In this document: piece after piece, positions 19,126 through 25,982 of the stretch
How positions within the stretch are numbered: position 1 is the stretch's first letter
Layout: each line of letters begins with the position of its first letter
Assembly (NCBI GenBank): GCA_016180645.1
Contig: JACPAV010000002.1
Coordinates: 300,628-364,627 of the forward strand
Reading direction: 5' to 3'
DNA: 64,000 bases
Origin: Nitrospirota bacterium
GTDB lineage: Bacteria > JACPQY01
Notes under the pieces: generated by a model
The model's database searches: none
What the model was told of the DNA's origin: nothing
The model's input: only the letters and a program-made list of their open reading frames with translations
Translations under genes and position numbers: made by a program

Positions 19126-20256
19126 ATGATTTACCTTGACCACAACGCCACAACGCCCGTGTTGCCGGAGGTACTTGAGACGATGATGCCCTACTTCACC
19201 AAGGAATGGGGCAACCCCTCCAGCAGCTACAAATTCGGATCCAAATTGAAAACCGTGATCGAGCAGGCGCGGGAGCAGGTAGCTCAACTGATAGGCGCGC
19301 ACCCAATGGAAATCATCTTCACCTCGTGCGCCACGGAGAGCAACAACGCGGCGATCCATGCAGTGCTCAAAGCCAATCCGGGCAAGCGGCACATCATCAC
19401 GTCATCTGTGGAACATTCGTCGGTGCTCAACTACTGCAAGGCACTGGAGAAGGATGGTTATCGCGTCACGTATCTGCCGGTGGATCGCGAAGGGCTGATG
19501 AAGCCGGCGGATTTGGAGACTGCGATCACCGGCGAAACGGCCATCGTCTCATTGATGTGGGCGAACAACGAGACGGGGGTGCTGTATCCGGTGAAAGAAA
19601 TCGCGGAGATTTGCCGGTCCCGCGGGGTATTCTTCCACTGTGATGCGGTGCAGGCAGCGGGCAAAGTGGAAATCGACGCACGAAAAGCGCCCTTAGACTT
19701 CCTTTCACTGACAGGCCACAAATTTCATGCGCCGAAGGGCATCGGGGCGTTGTACATCCGCCGAAAGGCGCCGTTTTCACCTCTCATCGTTGGTGGGCAT
19801 CAGGAGCGACGTCTGCGCGGGGGAACCGAGAGCGTCCCGTTGATCGTTGGGATGGGCAAGGCGGCGGAGTTGGTGGGCAAGAGTCTGCCCGCCTACGACA
19901 AGAGAGTCGGGCCGTTGCGTGATGCGTTGGAGGCCGGGATCCTTGGGTCAATTCCTTACGGGGAATTGAATGGGCATAAGACCTTCCGTTTGGCGAATAC
20001 CACCAACCTCACATTCAGAGGAATCGAATCGGAGGCTTTGCTTTTGCTGCTCGATCAGGAGGGAATATGTGCCTCATCGGGATCGGCCTGCCTTGCCGGG
20101 TCGGACGAACCTTCGCACGTCGTCAAGGCCATGAAGCCCGATTCCTCCGCTTCCCGTCAGATGATCCGATTTTCGCTGGCCCCTTCGAATACGTCCGATG
20201 AGGTATCGGCAGCCGTCGGGGCCGTGCTCCACGCTGTCACCGATTTGCGGGGCTGA
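19126..20256 (+). CDS. dndA: Cysteine desulfurase (IscS/NifS class; probable DndA)
   Basis: YLDHNATTP, GNPSS, NNETG, DAVQ, PLP lysine in TGHKFHAPKG, catalytic SSGSAC; lies inside the island with dndCD. Confidence 0.8.
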   Translation: MIYLDHNATTPVLPEVLETMMPYFTKEWGNPSSSYKFGSKLKTVIEQAREQVAQLIGAHPMEIIFTSCATESNNAAIHAVLKANPGKRHIITSSVEHSSVLNYCKALEKDGYRVTYLPVDREGLMKPADLETAITGETAIVSLMWANNETGVLYPVKEIAEICRSRGVFFHCDAVQAAGKVEIDARKAPLDFLSLTGHKFHAPKGIGALYIRRKAPFSPLIVGGHQERRLRGGTESVPLIVGMGKAAELVGKSLPAYDKRVGPLRDALEAGILGSIPYGELNGHKTFRLANTTNLTFRGIESEALLLLLDQEGICASSGSACLAGSDEPSHVVKAMKPDSSASRQMIRFSLAPSNTSDEVSAAVGAVLHAVTDLRG

Positions 20257-20266
20257 CTTCTCTCTC

Positions 20267-20599
20267 ATGAAACTTCCGGCGGACACGGTGATCGCCCCCG
20301 AGAAGGTGACGCGATACCTGCTTGTACAGTATGCCCGTGGCGACAAGTCAAAGTTTCTGGCGGCGGCAGGCTATTCTCTCGAAGACCCTGACAGGCTCCT
20401 CCACGATCTCCGCGCGCAGATTCTCCCGTTGGAGGCAACGGCCGTGGAATCGAATCAGTTCGGGGAATATTTTGAAATCCGAGGCACGCTGACCGGCCCC
20501 AACGGCGTAACGTTGGCTATCCGAACCATCTGGCTCAAGGAACGTTTGTCCGGCGCCACGAAATTCGTTACACTAATTCCAGACAGGCGGAAAAAATGA
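20267..20599 (+). CDS. DUF6883-like putative toxin (copy 2)
   Basis: MKLPADTVIAPEKVTRYLL...DKSKFLAAAGY...FVTLIPD; paralog of 5597-5923. Confidence 0.7.
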   Translation: MKLPADTVIAPEKVTRYLLVQYARGDKSKFLAAAGYSLEDPDRLLHDLRAQILPLEATAVESNQFGEYFEIRGTLTGPNGVTLAIRTIWLKERLSGATKFVTLIPDRRKK

Positions 20600-20838
20600 C
20601 GGAATTGACATTGTACAGAGATGCCGTGCTCACGGCCGACCTGCCCAAGCATGGCCTCAGGCGTGGCGATATCGTCAAATTGGTGGACCACCATGTTGCT
20701 CCAGATGGGACGGAGGGTTACTCCATCGAGGTGTTCAATGCCGTGGGCGACACCATCGCCGTCACCGCCGTTCCAGCCGCTTCGCTCGAACCCCTAAGCG
20801 AGAACGAAATCCTCTGCGTCCGCCCCCTCGCCGCGTAA
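20596..20838 (+). CDS. DUF4926-like protein (copy 2)
   Basis: DLPKHGLRRGDIVKLVDHH...GYSIEVFNAVGDTIAV; paralog of 5920-6162. Confidence 0.75.
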   Translation: MTELTLYRDAVLTADLPKHGLRRGDIVKLVDHHVAPDGTEGYSIEVFNAVGDTIAVTAVPAASLEPLSENEILCVRPLAA

Positions 20839-20988
20839 TATCGTCCGATTCCCCCCGCCTCAGGGTCCACCCCCTACCTGAAGCTTCGTCCAAATGTGCC
20901 AAACCCCATGCCTTACCCCGGCCGTGCGGTTGCCGCTCGGGCCGCTCTTGAGGAGCGTGGAGGCCTCTGCTAGACTCCGATTGAGATC

Positions 20989-21162
20989 ATGACCATTACC
21001 ACGCTCGCCCAAACTATCCGCCACCTTCCTACTCCGGACCGGATCAAGCTCTTTGATCGGCTTGGCCCGACGCTGGAAGATTACCTTCTCGCCAAGATAG
21101 CCTACGACCGCTTCAGGAAGGCATCTCACAAGCGGATTCCCTGGGCGGACCTCAAGCCCTGA
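20989..21162 (+). CDS. Putative antitoxin of the RelE toxin (57 aa)
   Basis: Not in the track: MTITTLAQTIRHLPTPDRIKLFDRLGPTLEDYLLAKIAYDRFRKASHKRIPWADLKP*; ends 2 nt before relE; LED...IPW.DLK tail typical of antitoxins. Confidence 0.65.
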   Translation: MTITTLAQTIRHLPTPDRIKLFDRLGPTLEDYLLAKIAYDRFRKASHKRIPWADLKP

Positions 21163-21164
21163 CG

Positions 21165-21443
21165 TTGTACAAGGTCGAATTCCTCGAGGAAGCCGCACAG
21201 GACTGGCTTGACCTCGATCATTCCGTCCGCAAGAGACTTTTCGCGGCCATTGAACGATTGAGGTCGCATCCCGATCTGTACGGGAAACCTCTCGCCCAGC
21301 CTCTCCACCGTCTGCGACGCATCCGAAGCGGCGACTTCCGAATCGTCTACAGGGTGAACGAAGGAACCAAGACGGTCGAAGTTGGAGTCGTCTGCCACAG
21401 ATCGCAGGTCTACCAAATCGCCCTCCGTCGCCGGCTCGTCTGA
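21165..21443 (+). CDS. RelE/ParE-family toxin
   Basis: YKVEFLEEAAQDW..LD, GKPL...L..LRRIRSGDFRIVY, HRSQVY. Confidence 0.85.
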   Translation: MYKVEFLEEAAQDWLDLDHSVRKRLFAAIERLRSHPDLYGKPLAQPLHRLRRIRSGDFRIVYRVNEGTKTVEVGVVCHRSQVYQIALRRRLV

Positions 21444-21556
21444 ACCTCCCGCATAACGCCGCGGTTCACGCGCGCCAAGGGGGAGTGGCACAATCGGGGT
21501 ACATTCAAAACCACGCTCTGGCGGAATTGCGAGATCCGCGCTGTCGGGGGGAATCG

Positions 21557-21817
21557 GGGGACGCCATACTTATTTGTGAATTGAGTACGGTATCCCGGGA
21601 ATCCAGACCGTATCGAGCCATCGAGAGAATGCTCACAATCACGTTGTCGGGATCAGCCTTGTCCGTGCTGCCCCACGGAGTGTCAGAACACGCCGGACTC
21701 AAAGTATCAACCCCCATGCGCCATGCCAGCCGCCGCGAAATGTCCTGTGTCTAGAGTTGACCCCACTGCCCGCTAGAGTTGACCCCACTGCCCGCATCAA
21801 CCCCCATGCCTGACCCC
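21557..21817. repeat. Cluster of REP-like elements of both GGGG..CCCC families
   Basis: ggggacgccatac..gtacggtatccc (21557-21596); tcaacccccatgc twice; 22-bp tandem ctagagttgaccccactgcccg x2. Confidence 0.75.
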
Positions 21818-21852
21818 CGCCAGCCGCCGTTGATTTCACCTTCACCCGCAGA

Positions 21853-22851
21853 TCAGGGAAATAGCACCTCCGAAAAGGATGGGAAGTATCGATACACCTC
21901 CGCATATCTCTTGACATCCGATTCAGGCACGCCGGGCACGCGCAGTTTTCCTGAGGATATCTTGGGCAACTGCGAGTTAAGATGACGAATTTCTTTCGGC
22001 GTCAGACAGGGCGCCTTTATGTGGCAAGGATCGGAACTGGCGCGAATGAACGGCAACGTATCAAAGTTGCACTCTAGGAATTTCTGCTCCTCTTCCGCAC
22101 GGAAAAAGATTCCACCGACCGTAACCATCTGGGCTCCATCCTTGTAGCGGAAGTGAAATAGTTGCCGATATTGGACCTTTTCATTCAGCGGAAGCATTGA
22201 ATTTCGCAAAGATATTTGCTCGGAAATTACGTTATCAATGACCTTGCGAAACACGCTAGCAAGCCCTTGACCACGCAAGTCAGTTCCAGAAGTGCCAGCC
22301 GGCAGTTGCCCCCCCAAAAGCTCCTTGGCGATACGCAGGCGATACTCGTCGAGATCGAACGTTTTGCCAGTTTCCTTTTCATACGTTTCGCGATCCTCCT
22401 TGGCTGGCTCGGCGTCTGGGTGTGCGTTTACGGTGACTACCAACGAACTGCCGCTGGCCGCACGCAGACAGACGGTTGCGATATCCCCCAATATTCCAGT
22501 ATCAAGACGATTCTCGTAGTCCAACCATGCGATGGTGCGACGCCGCCAGTCTATTGTAGGCAGAACCTCACCAGAGTTTGCAAACTTCAATTGTATGCAC
22601 CGGTAAGGGCGGTTGAATCGGAAGCAGGCTCTCGACGACGTTTCTTTTTCAATACTCAGCATGTTGGTTATGCCGAGTTCGCGATGGAGGAGTTGGAAAT
22701 CGCTGAAGTAGATGGAGCCAAATCCCACGTAGCGGTATTCCTGAATCCGCTGGAAGGGATGCAGACGTTCGAACGCCGCACACAGCATCCTCCGTTCAAT
22801 CGCCTTTCCCGGACGCAGTGCATAGTTGATGATTCGGAAGCTGTCCGACAC
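21853..22851 (-). CDS. Putative SAM-dependent methyltransferase-fold protein (Methyltransf_35-like)
   Basis: INYALRPGKAIERRM, YRYVGFGSIYFSDF, MLSIEKE, IAWLDY; GTG overlaps the GHKL stop by 1 nt. Confidence 0.6.
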   Translation of the reverse strand: MSDSFRIINYALRPGKAIERRMLCAAFERLHPFQRIQEYRYVGFGSIYFSDFQLLHRELGITNMLSIEKETSSRACFRFNRPYRCIQLKFANSGEVLPTIDWRRRTIAWLDYENRLDTGILGDIATVCLRAASGSSLVVTVNAHPDAEPAKEDRETYEKETGKTFDLDEYRLRIAKELLGGQLPAGTSGTDLRGQGLASVFRKVIDNVISEQISLRNSMLPLNEKVQYRQLFHFRYKDGAQMVTVGGIFFRAEEEQKFLECNFDTLPFIRASSDPCHIKAPCLTPKEIRHLNSQLPKISSGKLRVPGVPESDVKRYAEVYRYFPSFSEVLFP

Positions 22852-24215
22852 TATTCTTCCCCTTCGGCTTCGTAGCGCATGAAATATTCGAACGTTTTCT
22901 CCCCAACGCCAGTGAAGGTTTTCGATTTAAGAATCAGCTTGGCTCTCTCAACCTCACTCGCAGGCTTCCAGTATTGAATTCTACACATTCTCGGCCCGGC
23001 AGCGGCGGGAGCCATTGACGGAGCTACGAAATTACCCCCACGCTTAATCATGTTGACCTGTTTCGAGTCGGCGGTCTCGATTGCATTTTCGAGGGGATGT
23101 TGGCCCTCACCGGCAGTCTTTTCCTTGACAAGATTAGTTAGAAAAGTCAGTACCGGCCTGGTCATCTCGATCATCTCGCGCTGGACAGCCTTGTAGACGG
23201 GGGAGTCGGCGTCCACTCCGGTTTTCGTCGTTGTCCAAGGCAGCAAAGAACCATCATCAGAGTCGAGATAAGCGTAGCCACGAAAATAGGCAAAATCAGG
23301 ATGGTATGCCCGCATGTTGTGACGATTCCCCCAGACTGTTGCGTCTGATTGGTCGGCGCGCAATATTAGGCGTCCGTTGCAGAAGACATACCAGCCGCCA
23401 TCGTGGAAGCTACGCTCCGCAACGCCAGCATATAGCCTTACTCGCACCGGCGGGCCCGGCTTACCTACGAGTATTTTGCTCGGATAAGACTTCTCCACAT
23501 AGCCGGGCTGCAACATCTTCGAAACAAAAAGCTCCTGCGGATCATGCTTGATCGGCAGACCGTTCAAGGTGATGGCAAGCTCGCGATCCAAAGTTAAGGG
23601 GTGAGCTTGGCTCATCTCCTCTGCAAGCCTGCTCTTAAAGTTATCCAATGCGAAAGTATCCGCAACATTCGCCAGGAGCCGGTCGACCTCGATGCGCGTG
23701 CCGGTGTCCTTCTCCGGAACGTGCAAACCAGTCTCTAGTTCACTGAAAGTGAAGTGCCACTCCTCGGGAGATTGGGCATCAGCCATCCATTGATCCACAT
23801 CGACATCCACCGTGAATCGCGCCTCCCTTGTTGTCGAGCGCACGACAAAATGGCGTCCAAGCCTAAAGAAGGTCCGCTTCATGCCTACTCCGAACTGTCC
23901 CATTGAGCCAGGGGTGCCCTCAGTTTCTTCTGGCCGCCCAAAGCGAAATGCGTAGCCGCGTGCGACATCAACGGGAATTCCGCCACAGTTATCGGCAATG
24001 AGAAAATGCCTAGCATCCAGTTTCATTTCCACCCTTAGCCCGCCATAGTTGCCAGCGGGACGAAGTCTCCGTGCTCCGTCCACCGAATTATCTACGAGAT
24101 CAAGAATGGCTCGCGTTAGCGGGATGTCCCTTGTGAGCATGTGAATGAAGAATTCCTTTGTTGGAGACGCATTGATGAGCTTCTGCCCACCTTGGGAGGA
24201 TGAAGTAGGTGCCAT
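22851..24215 (-). CDS. GHKL (MORC/MutL-like) ATPase
   Basis: DLVDNSVDG (N box), DNCGGI (G1), GQFGVGMK (G2), S5-like GWYVFCNGRLI. Confidence 0.85.
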   Translation of the reverse strand: MAPTSSSQGGQKLINASPTKEFFIHMLTRDIPLTRAILDLVDNSVDGARRLRPAGNYGGLRVEMKLDARHFLIADNCGGIPVDVARGYAFRFGRPEETEGTPGSMGQFGVGMKRTFFRLGRHFVVRSTTREARFTVDVDVDQWMADAQSPEEWHFTFSELETGLHVPEKDTGTRIEVDRLLANVADTFALDNFKSRLAEEMSQAHPLTLDRELAITLNGLPIKHDPQELFVSKMLQPGYVEKSYPSKILVGKPGPPVRVRLYAGVAERSFHDGGWYVFCNGRLILRADQSDATVWGNRHNMRAYHPDFAYFRGYAYLDSDDGSLLPWTTTKTGVDADSPVYKAVQREMIEMTRPVLTFLTNLVKEKTAGEGQHPLENAIETADSKQVNMIKRGGNFVAPSMAPAAAGPRMCRIQYWKPASEVERAKLILKSKTFTGVGEKTFEYFMRYEAEGEE

Positions 24216-24219
24216 GCGT

Positions 24220-25701
24220 CTACCTCCCCCCATCACGCCAGAATTGGCGGGCTGGGCCGGTGATGAGCTTGCCTTGCAAGCGCAGAGCGGCTTCGGCTTT
24301 CGTGAGTTTCTGATGAACCACACCGCCGAGGATCATTCGTTGTTCGGCGTCTTTCAGCGTGTGCGGCGAGAAGTGGGCTCCGCATTCGGCCAACTCGGCG
24401 AAATTGGTATCGTTGGCGCCCGGCGTCAGGAATTTATCGGCGTCCTGCGAAGCCAGCCAGACGGGGAAGCCCCATGATCGACCCTGCCTCGCGAGCAGGC
24501 TCAGCAGGCCGGCCTTGCTCTCCTTCGGCAGAATCAGATGCGCTTCATCCACAAATAGCACCATCTTGAGAGGCTGGATGTCATTCTTCACGGCCAGTTG
24601 CCGGCTCAATTTCTTGATGAGGAAGTTCAGAATGAGGGCGGCCGACAATGCCTTCGTATCGTTGTCCGTCCCGAACTCCTTGAAATCGATGACCAGGGAA
24701 CCATTCAACCATTCCTCCGGGGTGATCGCGGTCCGGGCGGAGGCGAACAGATTGAACCGCTCGATCTTTTGAACGATGCGCTGTTCAACACCCTCCGTGC
24801 CGCTGTTCACGAGCTCCGCCGACAAGGACGCGAAATCCGGTTCGGCGAGTCGCTGGTAGCAGTCGCTGAGATTGCCCTCCTGTCTAGCGCCGAGTTGCGG
24901 CGCGAAGCATCGGATAAGGCCCGCCATCTCGTAGGCAACCTGGGCATTCTGTGTTGGGTTCTGATGGCGGTAGAGTGGGTTGATCGGCAGGCTCTGCTGG
25001 ATCAGGCGGACATACCGCGCGCCGGTCTGTTCCAGGAAGCGCCTGCGATTCTCCGTCTGCCTTGCGTCCTTGGGATTGTCTTCAAGCTCGCCCTTCATGT
25101 CGAAAAACACGAAACGAACGCCACCATTCGCCGCTTGCGCCAGGAGGTCGAGCGCAAGCTGGCTCTTGCCGCTGCCGGGTTGACCGGAAATCACCAGCAA
25201 GCCGTTGTTCGTGCCCGGACCGTTTACCGACCATTCCGGACCGTCCGTCAATACTTTCAATTTCACTTCGGTCTCGACCACCGGCATCGGTCGAGCGACG
25301 GGCTCCGCGCCGGGAAGCCCAGACTCGCCACTCGCCAAACGCAAGAGAGACGCCACGAACCGGGCCTGATCGTTCCCCGATTCCGACCATATCTGCCCCA
25401 AGCGTTGGCAGCCAAACTCAAAGTGACGACGAAACTCCTGCCGGTACCCGGCTTCGTCGAGGGTCCGTCCGGCCCGGTGGTTCAATGCGGCGCGGACCAG
25501 ATCCCGGAGATCATCGCCGACAACCTGCTCGTCATTCAGCGTCACGCCTTTGGAGTCCTTGGGTTTGTACTCGGTGGGCACGCCCTGCCCCAGAGCGAGG
25601 AAGAGCGCCGCGCGTCCGACAATCGCCTGATTCCGCGCGCCGACGCGGGCAAAGACGTTCTCGATGAACTCGTGAGCTTCGCCGCTGGTCTCGAATTTCA
25701 T
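24220..25701 (-). CDS. DndE-like domain fused to a HerA/FtsK-type P-loop ATPase
   Basis: N-terminal ~120 aa: AIVGRAALFLAL...DSKG..L....VG...FRRHFEFGC (DndE-like). C-terminal: GQPGSGKS, FVFFDMKGE, LFVDEAH, RQGRSWG, LASQ. Confidence 0.75.
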   Translation of the reverse strand: MKFETSGEAHEFIENVFARVGARNQAIVGRAALFLALGQGVPTEYKPKDSKGVTLNDEQVVGDDLRDLVRAALNHRAGRTLDEAGYRQEFRRHFEFGCQRLGQIWSESGNDQARFVASLLRLASGESGLPGAEPVARPMPVVETEVKLKVLTDGPEWSVNGPGTNNGLLVISGQPGSGKSQLALDLLAQAANGGVRFVFFDMKGELEDNPKDARQTENRRRFLEQTGARYVRLIQQSLPINPLYRHQNPTQNAQVAYEMAGLIRCFAPQLGARQEGNLSDCYQRLAEPDFASLSAELVNSGTEGVEQRIVQKIERFNLFASARTAITPEEWLNGSLVIDFKEFGTDNDTKALSAALILNFLIKKLSRQLAVKNDIQPLKMVLFVDEAHLILPKESKAGLLSLLARQGRSWGFPVWLASQDADKFLTPGANDTNFAELAECGAHFSPHTLKDAEQRMILGGVVHQKLTKAEAALRLQGKLITGPARQFWRDGGR

Positions 25702-25964
25702 GGGCCTTTTCCTTCCCGAACAAGCCGCTGCCCTGTGGGAGAGGCCCAAAAAGCTGCGAGAACGCCGTCGCGGAATTCTTCGTAAACCCCTCGATCAGCC
25801 TCAAGCATCTTGGCTGCCTTTCGCGCAGCGCGGCGAAACTCAGCCGCAGTTTGCCAGTCCAGCGTACTGTGAAATATCTCGTTGCGCATGATCTCTTCAA
25901 TCATCCCTGCGTCCACCGGACTGCAACCCGTAGCTTCGATGATGTCTTCAGCGTAGCCGCTCAT
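25698..25964 (-). CDS. Hypothetical protein (88 aa) in the dnd operon
   Basis: AAGGAGG RBS upstream; ATGA-coupled to the downstream DndE-ATPase gene. Confidence 0.7.
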   Translation of the reverse strand: MSGYAEDIIEATGCSPVDAGMIEEIMRNEIFHSTLDWQTAAEFRRAARKAAKMLEADRGVYEEFRDGVLAAFWASPTGQRLVREGKGP

Positions 25965-25982
25965 GGTATTCCTCCTTCGTTG

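Noticed and set aside
22851-24215. Sensor histidine kinase or Wadjet/SMC system
   Set aside because: No HisKA domain or response regulator; the GHKL domain is N-terminal with an S5-like domain; no JetA, JetB or JetD-like genes.
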